From IMG/VR virus record IMGVR_UViG_3300044612_001159, positions 1-64,000 of that record: a stretch of 64,000 nucleotides of DNA, one strand, 5' to 3'. Both the position numbers and the translations under genes were made by a program. The notes below the pieces were generated by a model, which was given only the letters and a program-made list of their open reading frames with translations, did not search any database and was not told the DNA's origin. Source of the DNA: a virus. This document shows, piece after piece, positions 29,715 to 37,679 of the stretch; position 1 is the first letter of the stretch, and each line of letters opens with the position of its first letter.

Positions 29715-30212
29715 ATGGGATTAGATATGTATCTTCATGCTAAGAAGTATGTTGAAAAAATCGACTGGACTAAGTTAGATCGAGATAATGGTCTAGGTAT
29801 GGATAGTCCAGAAGTGGTAAATCCACTTTGGAATGAAATTGTCGATACCGCTGGAATGTCAGATGTCGCTACCGATATCTATGGCGTTCATGTTGAAGTA
29901 ACTTGTGCCTATTGGCGTAAGTCTAATCAAATTCATAAATGGTTTGTTGATAATGTTCAAGGCGGTAACGATAACTGCGGTGAATACTATGTTTCTAATG
30001 AGAAACTAAATCAACTTAGAGAAACTTGTCGTCAAGCCTTATTTGCTAAAGACCCTTCACTATTGCCACCACAGGCAGGATTTTTCTTTGGCTCATACGA
30101 TATAGATGAATGGTATTGGCAGGATATCAAGGACACTATCAAGAAAATCGACAGAGTTTTGGCTCTGCCCGATATGTCCAAATTGTCCTTTTACTACACT
30201 TCATCGTGGTAA
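29715..30212 (+). CDS. conserved phage protein (MGLDMYL...YWRK.NQIH.WF family)
   Basis: Motif recognition. Confidence 0.7.
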   Translation: MGLDMYLHAKKYVEKIDWTKLDRDNGLGMDSPEVVNPLWNEIVDTAGMSDVATDIYGVHVEVTCAYWRKSNQIHKWFVDNVQGGNDNCGEYYVSNEKLNQLRETCRQALFAKDPSLLPPQAGFFFGSYDIDEWYWQDIKDTIKKIDRVLALPDMSKLSFYYTSSW

Positions 30213-30233
30213 AGGCTTCGGGGGATTTGATTT

Positions 30234-30255
30234 TGTCAGTCCCCCATGATAGGCT
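30234..30255 (+). promoter_or_regulatory. RecA-NDp/PafBC-type promoter
   Basis: TGTCAG-N7-TGa-TAGGCT. Confidence 0.7.
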
Positions 30256-30283
30256 CTAGGTATTGAACGAAAGGAAATGAAAA

Positions 30284-30496
30284 ATGGATAAATTAGAATA
30301 CGCACTAAGGACTATTGCTAACTGCGACCTATGCTACGGCAAGGGTTATCAAGGTTGGGCTAATGGCGAGGACTTTGATATTGAGGACTGCGAGTGTAAT
30401 ATTTATGGAATTATTTTAGATGATGACGGCTCAGTAATCTATGATAATGGTTTGCTAAGTGAGCCAGAATTATTTTTGACTAGAGAGGCTAACTAA
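30284..30496 (+). CDS. Zn-binding early protein
   Basis: CDLCYGKG...CEC. Confidence 0.6.
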   Translation: MDKLEYALRTIANCDLCYGKGYQGWANGEDFDIEDCECNIYGIILDDDGSVIYDNGLLSEPELFLTREAN

Positions 30497-30497
30497 A

Positions 30498-30797
30498 ATG
30501 GGAAGTAATTTTGCTAACGAAATGGCTAGTGGCGTGTTAGATGATTTAGGTATTCACTTAGATTTGGAAACTCAGATAGGAATTCACTTGTCGTCTAATC
30601 ACTATCCGCCAGTGCCTAAATTTATGGTTCCAATTTGTATTGAAGCGATAGATGCCGTCAATGATGCGGGACTTTGGGATTTAGAAATTCCTATGCCTGA
30701 AGGAGTGACCTATAAAGGTTTGACTGCTGCGCCAGCATGGGCTATTATTGAACAACACCACTTACAGGCTTGGCTAATTGAAAGAGAGGAAGTCTAA
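30498..30797 (+). CDS. hypothetical early protein
   Basis: HL..NHYPPVP; GAGG RBS. Confidence 0.6.
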   Translation: MGSNFANEMASGVLDDLGIHLDLETQIGIHLSSNHYPPVPKFMVPICIEAIDAVNDAGLWDLEIPMPEGVTYKGLTAAPAWAIIEQHHLQAWLIEREEV

Positions 30798-30938
30798 TGA
30801 AATTTGATGAAATGCTAGGAAAGGTGCTTGAAATATTCCCTGAAGCACTATTCCATGATGATGAAACAGGTGAGGTAGTAATCTCAACAGGCTTCAGACT
30901 TGTAAATGACGAATTAGTAGCAATGGAGGAAATCTAAA

Positions 30939-31148
30939 ATGGAATACACTTATTCACTTACCACTTCCTATGACGGAAGCCTTGTAAATACCCTGCGAGT
31001 TTCAGACTTACTTGAAGCCGTAAATGCGTGGGATAAATGCGTAGACTTTGGCGATGCTAATGAATACGCAACCTATAATCTTTCAGACCCAACAGGAAAA
31101 ATGTATACTAAAACTTTTTATCGTAATGGAGAGGTAGTGGTGCGCTAA
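30939..31148 (+). CDS. hypothetical early protein
   Basis: GGAGG RBS; homologous to N-half of the 2391 ORF. Confidence 0.65.
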   Translation: MEYTYSLTTSYDGSLVNTLRVSDLLEAVNAWDKCVDFGDANEYATYNLSDPTGKMYTKTFYRNGEVVVR

Positions 31149-31391
31149 ATGTCTGATACAATAAATAGCATGAAGTTAGTTCCAGCGGATCTACTAAAGC
31201 CAGACCAACTAATGGAGGGCGACCTAATAAAAATCGGTGAAGATATTGTAGAAGTAATTGAAATATCTAGCGATGGCGCTGCCGATAATTGGTTTATTGA
31301 AACTAAAGATGAGTTTGGTGAAAAAGAAACTTTTACTTTTCACTATACTGAATCTATTCCGCTTTATGTATTTATTGAAACAATGGAATAA
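31149..31391 (+). CDS. small beta-barrel-type early protein
   Basis: L.EGD.I.......V..I pattern. Confidence 0.5.
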   Translation: MSDTINSMKLVPADLLKPDQLMEGDLIKIGEDIVEVIEISSDGAADNWFIETKDEFGEKETFTFHYTESIPLYVFIETME

Positions 31392-31515
31392 ATAAAAAGT
31401 ATTTTGTGTGCTTCCCCGCACAAAATGCCCCCGTGCTGTCCGATTTGTACCAATTGTTCTCATGTGTTTAAGATCACATTAAAAAGCCCCCCGAAATCTC
31501 CCCCTGGATTGAAAT

Positions 31516-31537
31516 TGTCAGTCGCTTCTGATAAGAT
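31516..31537 (+). promoter_or_regulatory. RecA-NDp/PafBC-type promoter
   Basis: TGTCAG-N7-TGa-TAAGAT. Confidence 0.7.
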
Positions 31538-31562
31538 TATTTATCTAAACGAAAGGCAAGAA

Positions 31563-31835
31563 ATGTTATCAACCGCATTAGCAATACAGACCGCAACAAA
31601 AGACGCAGTTCATGACGAGGAAGTTATGGGAATGGCGTCTGCTATATTTCACCATAGAAACGAAATGAGCGATGAAGCATTTGCTCAAGCAATGTATATG
31701 TATTCTGCTCATCTATCAGCGATGACTGCTACTCTAGTTACTCATGCCTGCTTGACTGAAAGTCAGATAGGCGATATGCTAGAAACTATCAAAGAATTTG
31801 ACTCACTAGGAAAGGACATAACAAATGGAAACTAA
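31563..31835 (+). CDS. hypothetical early protein
   Basis: GAAAGG RBS before MLSTAL. Confidence 0.6.
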   Translation: MLSTALAIQTATKDAVHDEEVMGMASAIFHHRNEMSDEAFAQAMYMYSAHLSAMTATLVTHACLTESQIGDMLETIKEFDSLGKDITNGN

Positions 31836-32265
31836 TGAAACAGTAGCGCCTGAGCATTATAACCCCAACCAACTCGTAACCTATAAAGTTATTGAGAGTG
31901 GTACTGCAAAATATCCAACTGTAAAGGTTGTAGATCTTGAATGGGATTTACATCAGAATCGTTCGAATGTTGCAAACCTATCTCAATATATTTCTAAAGT
32001 AAATCAGTTAGAGAATCAACTTGCTAACTATCTTGAAATGGATTCAGAAGAAATTGTTTCAGATATTTGTAGCATCTTTGGATTCAATCCAACTAAGGAA
32101 ATTGAATTTGAAGCAACTGCAACAATTACTGGTCGTGTATTAGTTGCACTATCAGACCTTGCAAACTTTGATATTGATGACATTGATTTGACTGTTTATG
32201 CAGATTCACACTCACATGATGTTGAAGTTGATGTGGAGGTTGACCACATTAGTCGCATAGACTAA
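31825..32265 (+). CDS. acidic hypothetical early protein
   Basis: ORF with RBS. Confidence 0.6.
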   Translation: METNETVAPEHYNPNQLVTYKVIESGTAKYPTVKVVDLEWDLHQNRSNVANLSQYISKVNQLENQLANYLEMDSEEIVSDICSIFGFNPTKEIEFEATATITGRVLVALSDLANFDIDDIDLTVYADSHSHDVEVDVEVDHISRID

Positions 32266-32270
32266 AAAAA

Positions 32271-32297
32271 AGACCTGAGCAAGTCTATAAACTGCTC
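32271..32297 (+). ncRNA. H-type pseudoknot element (copy A)
   Basis: AGAC-CT-GAGCA-A-GTCT-ATAAAC-TGCTC. Confidence 0.7.
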
Positions 32298-32311
32298 CTG
32301 CCCACGGGCGG

Positions 32312-32327
32312 TGTGATCTTTATCACA
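32312..32327. promoter_or_regulatory. CRP/GlxR-type site upstream of a TTGACA-N17-TAAGAT promoter
   Basis: Perfect TGTGA-N6-TCACA. Confidence 0.65.
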
Positions 32328-32470
32328 TTTGAGATTTTGACATTTTTTTGTGTTTATGATAAGATTATTTTATGAAGAAAACACCAGAGGAATTACGCAG
32401 GCTTATGGAATTACGCCGTAGCAATGCTGCCTCTGCCGTACCCTCAAAAAAGAAATACAATAGAAAGAAA

Positions 32471-32492
32471 AGTCAGTCCTCGCTGATACAAT
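32471..32492 (+). promoter_or_regulatory. RecA-NDp/PafBC-type promoter (variant)
   Basis: AGTCAG-N7-TGa-TACAAT. Confidence 0.55.
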
Positions 32493-32513
32493 TGAGGAAA
32501 GAAAGGGCCCCCC

Positions 32514-33236
32514 ATGACTAAACTAAAACGCTCTAATGATAGGAAAGTGGCTAATGCTGTATCAAAAAACGGAAAGACCCCAACAATTGCCAACACTTTT
32601 GGATTGCCTAGTGGTAAGGCTTACTCATGTCCTGGTGAAACCTCTGTATGCAGCAAAGTATGCTACGCAGGAAAACTCGAAAAGATCTACAAAGGTGTAA
32701 GAGATAATCTATTACACAATTGGAATTTACTAAAAGACGCTAACTATGAAGAGATGTATGACTTACTTTCTGCAATGATAAAAGAGTTTATTGTTGATTG
32801 TGAAAAGAAAGACGCTCCTAAACTATTCCGCATTCACTGGGACGGAGATTTCTTCAATGATGAATACGCAAGGGCCTGGAAGCATGTCATTCTAAATAAT
32901 CCTGATGTTCAATTCTGGGTATACACTAGAGTGAAATCTGCTGCCCTAATTCTCAAGGGTATGGATAATTTGTCTCTATACTACTCTGCAGATAGCGAAA
33001 ATGTCAAAACTGCTGTAGACCTAAAACTAAATCATGGTGTACGCATGGCATACCTTGCACAAAACTTTGCAACTGGTAAAGCAGATGTAAAAGAAATGAT
33101 TGGAAGACCTGCTGCTAAGTGTCCTGAAAATGCAAAACAAATTCCACTAATCTCAACTAAGGGCTCGGCTTGCGTTTCTTGCTCACTTTGTGTATACTCT
33201 AAGAGCGACATAATTTTCTCTGCGAGTAAGAAATGA
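32514..33236 (+). CDS. GP88-family protein (mycobacteriophage L5 gp88-like)
   Basis: CPG....C...CYA, FRIHWDGDF, FWVYTR, C-terminal C..C..C. Confidence 0.75.
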   Translation: MTKLKRSNDRKVANAVSKNGKTPTIANTFGLPSGKAYSCPGETSVCSKVCYAGKLEKIYKGVRDNLLHNWNLLKDANYEEMYDLLSAMIKEFIVDCEKKDAPKLFRIHWDGDFFNDEYARAWKHVILNNPDVQFWVYTRVKSAALILKGMDNLSLYYSADSENVKTAVDLKLNHGVRMAYLAQNFATGKADVKEMIGRPAAKCPENAKQIPLISTKGSACVSCSLCVYSKSDIIFSASKK

Positions 33237-33464
33237 GATAAATGGATACCAAACAAGTTATTTTATTATTGATGTTTTTATTTATTTTCTTTTTATATCA
33301 GTGAAAGGGCGGCACGTCCGCAAAATCTTTGGTTTGTCAAGTCATTATAATGTGATTATAAACACTTTATAAATCCCCCCGCAGATCCCCGCTGAATTGT
33401 ATTTTTGACATTTTTCTGCTAGACTTATACTATAAGAAATAACCCCACAACGAAAGGAAACACA

Positions 33465-33635
33465 ATGACCCTCGGAGGATACACTTATCAGATTGGTGAC
33501 CTATTCACCACCAGCAAGACAGGCGTTACAGGTCGTATCGCAAGTTTCGCACCAATGTCTAACAGTGTTACTAGAGTTAGTCTTGTCTTGGCAAATGGCT
33601 CTCGCCGTTTGGCTATGGTAAAGACCAGCAAGTAA
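33465..33635 (+). CDS. 56-aa SH3/KOW-like early protein
   Basis: Hand-translated MTLGGYTYQIGDLFTTSKTGVTGRI...; paralogue of next gene. Confidence 0.65.
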   Translation: MTLGGYTYQIGDLFTTSKTGVTGRIASFAPMSNSVTRVSLVLANGSRRLAMVKTSK

Positions 33636-33734
33636 TCTCAAAATGTGAGAAATGTCAGACCTAGATTTGACATTTTTCTACAATAATGTCATAATTATAC
33701 AATAAGCAATAACCCCTAACAGAAAGGCAACACA

Positions 33735-33899
33735 ATGTCAGTAGCAACAGCAACATACAAGGTAGGCGACACCTACACCACACAGAAGTCAAAGGTCACA
33801 GGAGTAATCACAGAGATTACACCACAAGCCAATGGTAATGTTCGTGTGAAACTTGATGTCAATGGTAAGTCACGCTATACCACTTGGACAGCAAAGTAA
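33735..33899 (+). CDS. 54-aa SH3/KOW-like early protein
   Basis: Hand-translated MSVATATYKVGDTYTTQKSKVTGVI... Confidence 0.65.
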   Translation: MSVATATYKVGDTYTTQKSKVTGVITEITPQANGNVRVKLDVNGKSRYTTWTAK

Positions 33900-33915
33900 T
33901 TCCTAATACAGGAAA

Positions 33916-33944
33916 AGTCCTGAGCACGACTACTAAAACTGCTC
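33916..33944 (+). ncRNA. H-type pseudoknot element (copy B)
   Basis: AGTC-CT-GAGCA-C-GACT-ACTAAAAC-TGCTC. Confidence 0.7.
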
Positions 33945-33952
33945 AACAAGAT

Positions 33953-33974
33953 TGTCAGCGCAAAGTGCTAGACT
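33953..33974 (+). promoter_or_regulatory. RecA-NDp/PafBC-type promoter
   Basis: TGTCAG-N7-TGc-TAGACT. Confidence 0.7.
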
Positions 33975-34004
33975 AAATACCCCACAAACGAAAGGACAGA
34001 CCCA

Positions 34005-34430
34005 ATGGCAAGAGGACAAAAAGCCATTAGTGTAAAGATTGCTACAACCAAAGTAATCAAGGCACTAGAAACTAAGTTAGACCAAATCAAGAAAGATAAG
34101 GCTAACCAAAAAACTAACGAGGAGAAGTATCAGAAGGCTTACGAAAAGTGGCTAAAAGATGTTGCTAAACTTTCTCTCGCTCAAATCTCAAAGGCAGAAA
34201 ACCTACGAGCAAGTGTTCGCTATAATGGCAACATAAATGTAGATTTTGATTTGCCTAAGTCTGCGGTAGCAGATTTCCCTGCTGAACCTGAAAAGGATTT
34301 TGAGACTTTTCACGATTGGCAATACAAGGAAATGGTAGAAGAAATTGAGAACGCAATTCGTATTCTCAAGATGACAGATGAGGAAGTAGTTTCCACATCT
34401 ACTTACAACGCTATCGCAAGATACTTGTAA
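34005..34430 (+). CDS. coiled-coil early protein
   Basis: GAAAGGA RBS. Confidence 0.65.
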   Translation: MARGQKAISVKIATTKVIKALETKLDQIKKDKANQKTNEEKYQKAYEKWLKDVAKLSLAQISKAENLRASVRYNGNINVDFDLPKSAVADFPAEPEKDFETFHDWQYKEMVEEIENAIRILKMTDEEVVSTSTYNAIARYL

Positions 34431-34436
34431 TAAAAC

Positions 34437-34463
34437 TTTCCTGAGCAAGAAATAAAACTGCTC
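34437..34463 (+). ncRNA. H-type pseudoknot element (copy C)
   Basis: TTTC-CT-GAGCA-A-GAAA-TAAAAC-TGCTC. Confidence 0.7.
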
Positions 34464-34542
34464 ACCAATAAAACTAAATAAAATTGGGTGACAGCCTGCG
34501 TTCAAGGCAGATCTATCTGCGAAAGTCCCCTGGCACTCCCTA

Positions 34543-34584
34543 ACACCTGAGTATGGAGGAAATCCTTTAGTGTCTAAACTGCTC
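34543..34584 (+). ncRNA. H-type pseudoknot element (copy D, with inserted hairpin)
   Basis: ACAC-CT-GAGTA-[insert]-GTGT-CTAAAC-TGCTC. Confidence 0.6.
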
Positions 34585-34607
34585 CACCTCAAAATCCCCC
34601 CGTGCCG

Positions 34608-34627
34608 TTATCCACAGGTTATCCACA
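34608..34627. promoter_or_regulatory. tandem DnaA box pair
   Basis: TTATCCACA-gg-TTATCCACA. Confidence 0.75.
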
Positions 34628-34629
34628 GG

Positions 34630-34645
34630 TGTGAATTTGATCACA
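34630..34645. promoter_or_regulatory. CRP/GlxR-type site
   Basis: Perfect TGTGA-N6-TCACA. Confidence 0.65.
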
Positions 34646-34694
34646 TTTACGATATGTCCGATTTATCCCTTATCTAACTATCCAGATTTGCATT

Positions 34695-34716
34695 TGTCAG
34701 ACTAGACTGCTATACT
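34695..34716 (+). promoter_or_regulatory. RecA-NDp/PafBC-type promoter
   Basis: TGTCAG-N7-TGc-TATACT. Confidence 0.7.
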
Positions 34717-34748
34717 TGAAATTCAACAAACAATAAGGAGAAAAACTC

Positions 34749-35765
34749 ATGGCACATGACCTAGAAACACAAAACGGCAAGACATCTTTCGCATCTTTCC
34801 GTGAACCCGCATGGCATGGATTGGGTACTGTCTTTACAGAAGAAAAAACAACTGCAGAAATGCTAGAGGCTGCAAACCTCAATGGTTGGAATGTTCGTCT
34901 TGAAGATATGTCTATTCCATCTCATCTAACAAGCGACAAGCAATACCAATATGTTGTTCGCACTAACCCTACCGATAACACACAAACCGACATTCTTGGT
35001 GTCGTTGGTGAGCGTTATCATGTTCTGCAGAATGAAGACCTATTTTCATTCGGTGATAATATTCTTGACGGCGGAGGTCGTTGGGAAACTGCTGGTGCAA
35101 TCAAGGGTGGTCGTGTTGTATTCGGCTCACTTGCACTAGAGCGTGAAACCGTATTAGACCCTAGCGGTGTTGCAGATAAGGTAAAGACTTATCTTCTCAT
35201 CAATACCTCACATGACGGCTCAATCGCTATTCAAGCATCAATCACACCTGTTCGTGTTGTATGCGCTAATACTCTCAATCTTGCACTAGGTGGCAAGAAA
35301 AAGAAGAATGGCATCAAGCAATCATTCAAGATTCGCCACACACAAACTGCCAATGGTAAAGTGCAGATTGCTCGTGAAACTCTTGGTCTTGCTAATGCAT
35401 ACATGGACGAATTCGACATCATGGCTAAGGCTATGTTCGAGAAGGAAGTCAATGCTCAACAATTCAATGACATCATTCTTGCTGCGTATCCAAAGCCTGA
35501 TAAAGATGCTAAGGGTTCAATCAAGAAGTGGGAAAACAAGGTTGATGTTATCAATGACATCTATACTGGCGAATTCAATGGTATGATTGCTGGTAATGCT
35601 TGGGGTGCTTTCAATGCACTAACCGAACGCCTTGATTGGTATCGTACCGCAAGAGGTGGTTCTAACGAATCAATTCTTGCATCTGCGAGTGGATTTGACC
35701 CTGCTATCAATGCAGAAAAAAATCGTTTGCTAAAAGTTGTGCAAAATGTAATGCAGATTGCATAA
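34749..35765 (+). CDS. DUF932/DUF945 phage/plasmid protein (TIGR03299-like)
   Basis: PAWHGLG, LGVVG.RY..LQN, ETAG...GG, SHDGS, TPVRVVC.NTL. Confidence 0.85.
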   Translation: MAHDLETQNGKTSFASFREPAWHGLGTVFTEEKTTAEMLEAANLNGWNVRLEDMSIPSHLTSDKQYQYVVRTNPTDNTQTDILGVVGERYHVLQNEDLFSFGDNILDGGGRWETAGAIKGGRVVFGSLALERETVLDPSGVADKVKTYLLINTSHDGSIAIQASITPVRVVCANTLNLALGGKKKKNGIKQSFKIRHTQTANGKVQIARETLGLANAYMDEFDIMAKAMFEKEVNAQQFNDIILAAYPKPDKDAKGSIKKWENKVDVINDIYTGEFNGMIAGNAWGAFNALTERLDWYRTARGGSNESILASASGFDPAINAEKNRLLKVVQNVMQIA

Positions 35766-35773
35766 ATAAAAAA

Positions 35774-35800
35774 ATTCCTGAGCAAGAATAAAAACTGCTC
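35774..35800 (+). ncRNA. H-type pseudoknot element (copy E)
   Basis: ATTC-CT-GAGCA-A-GAAT-AAAAAC-TGCTC. Confidence 0.7.
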
Positions 35801-35807
35801 ACCAATT

Positions 35808-35883
35808 GGTTCCGTAGATTAGTCTGGTTTAAATCGCTACACTGTCACTGTAGAGATCGTGGGTTCAAATCCCATCGGAATCG
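35808..35883 (+). tRNA. tRNA-Asp(GTC)
   Basis: GGTTCCG/CGGAATC acceptor, CTACA-CTGTCAC-TGTAG anticodon arm, GGTTCAAATCC. Confidence 0.9.
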
Positions 35884-36201
35884 CAAAGAAAATCGGGACG
35901 TGGGGATTCGGACATTTCGGACATAAAAATATCAATCTTAAATTAAATTACGAAGAACGAAATAAATCCCCAAAAATATCAAAACCAAAAACAATTACGA
36001 TAGAGTTGACATTTCCCTGATTTTCTGCCATAATTTATACATGACCCAAACATACAAACCATACACCATAGATGAACTGGTGACAGAAATCTATGAGGAC
36101 AACCTGTCACACTTTGAATTTGAGGAAAACATGGGTGGAGAGCCCTGTGACTGCTATCTACATAACACTATGAATACTATCATGAAATACTGGGGGGAAT
36201 A

Positions 36202-36402
36202 ATGAACCAACTAATTGAATATATAAAGATACATATCATTAGCCTAGAGCAAGACCTAGAGCAAATCTCTAATGAAATGGAAGCACTTGACCCTGCCTCT
36301 AAGGATTATACTGAGTTAGATTTTGAATATAATCATATGAGTGGACAACTTCTTTCTGCCCGCCATATTTTGTCAGTGGCCGACGGTATACTAGAGGTAT
36401 GA
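36202..36402 (+). CDS. hypothetical protein
   Basis: ORF; overlaps next start. Confidence 0.55.
   Translation: MNQLIEYIKIHIISLEQDLEQISNEMEALDPASKDYTELDFEYNHMSGQLLSARHILSVADGILEV
36371..36392 (+). promoter_or_regulatory. RecA-NDp/PafBC-type promoter, leaderless to ATG 36399
   Basis: tTGTCAGTG-N8-TATACT-N6-ATG. Confidence 0.75.
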
Positions 36403-36686
36403 TGAACACTACACAACTAGAACCAAGACTGCAGAAACTAATAGACCTAGGGGAATCAGGCACTGACATCCTCCATGGTGAACTCAAAAACCTTATGTAT
36501 GAGGCTGAAAAGGAATTGATTGAGGCCCAACGCATTGAGGAAGACAATGACTACAGCGACGCCATGGAATCTATGGAGCGAAAGTACTGGGAGGGACAGT
36601 TAGACGCTATGTCTCATGTATATGGTTTGACCTATGCCCTGGCCTTTGCAATCTCAGAGCGAAGGAGCAAGCAATCTAATGAGTGA
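36399..36686 (+). CDS. hypothetical protein
   Basis: YWEGQLDA motif; acidic helical. Confidence 0.6.
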   Translation: MMNTTQLEPRLQKLIDLGESGTDILHGELKNLMYEAEKELIEAQRIEEDNDYSDAMESMERKYWEGQLDAMSHVYGLTYALAFAISERRSKQSNE

Positions 36687-36910
36687 TGTAATAATCTTAA
36701 CAGATAGAGATGAGATTGAGGACCTGATAGGGGATCAGATCTCTGACGAGCAATGGCTAACTATCAAAGAAAAGATTGCTAGAAATAAACATATCTGGCA
36801 AGTTATTGATGAGGCCCTCAACGATATCATCTCTGAATGACATTAAGAAGGCTTGATTTATTTTCCCGATTCTGCTAGAATTGGATTACGACCACTAGAA
36901 AGGACCCCAC

Positions 36911-37645
36911 ATGCCAAACTGGGTATATAACTCGTTAGCAATAGAAGCAATAGAGGCTGACCCTAGTCAGATTACTAAACTAGTTTCTCAAGTCAATCAA
37001 CCATTTCAACGACAGCATGACCAATGGAACTCTGATACACATCAAATGGAATTGTTAGATGTTGAGTATTCCAATCCTGTCTTTGCATTCTGGAACATTG
37101 TCAAACCTACAGACCTAGAGACTTATGCTTTGCAGAAAGACCCAAACCATGATGATTCTATTATAGATTTTCAAGGTAACAACTGGTATGACTGGAATGT
37201 GCGTAACTGGGGAACTAAATGGGATGTTGCTGTTCATGATAAGGAACAGTATCCTGAAACTACTATGGAGCATGGTGATAAGTCAGTTATTTATAGTTTC
37301 AATACTGCTTGGTCCCCTCCGATTCCTGCGGTGCTTGCCCTATCAGAGCAGTATCCTGATTTAGTCTTTCATCTGTTCTACCAAGAAGAAACAGGGTGGG
37401 GTGGAGACATGCAGATTATGGGTGGTGCCACAATCAGAGAGCAACACTATGAATCACAGTGTAGAGATTGTGATGCAACTGACTGCATGGAGTATTGCGA
37501 TAACGACTGCGGTGAGATTTGTAATGAGTGTAACTATCTAGGTGAGGCTGACCTTGATGCAGTATCAGAATGTGAGATTCACAAGGCATACCTAGACGAG
37601 GAACATGTGCCCGAATACCGCAGACTTGACAAAGCCAACGCATAA
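36911..37645 (+). CDS. YubB/DUF1281-type ferredoxin-like fold protein with Cys-rich tail
   Basis: MPNW..N, WYDW...NWGTKWD, F.TAWSPP. Confidence 0.75.
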   Translation: MPNWVYNSLAIEAIEADPSQITKLVSQVNQPFQRQHDQWNSDTHQMELLDVEYSNPVFAFWNIVKPTDLETYALQKDPNHDDSIIDFQGNNWYDWNVRNWGTKWDVAVHDKEQYPETTMEHGDKSVIYSFNTAWSPPIPAVLALSEQYPDLVFHLFYQEETGWGGDMQIMGGATIREQHYESQCRDCDATDCMEYCDNDCGEICNECNYLGEADLDAVSECEIHKAYLDEEHVPEYRRLDKANA

Positions 37646-37679
37646 TGAGATAATTGAACAAACGACCCAAGGAGATAAT

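Noticed and set aside
31404-31562. N-terminal extensions in the ORF track (also at 22653, 23946, 27460, 44474, 55863)
   Set aside because: They run through promoter or operator DNA; internal ATGs have an RBS or a -10-N6 signal.
33653-33674. Twelfth TGTCAG promoter
   Set aside because: No TANNNT at N10; a standard TTGACA-N17-CATAAT promoter follows instead.
34486-34540. Hammerhead ribozyme (hairpin followed by GAAA)
   Set aside because: CUGANGA core is absent.
35808-35883. tRNA as a prophage attachment site or host-phage junction
   Set aside because: No integrase or duplicated tRNA 3' end seen; phage-type genes continue on both sides.
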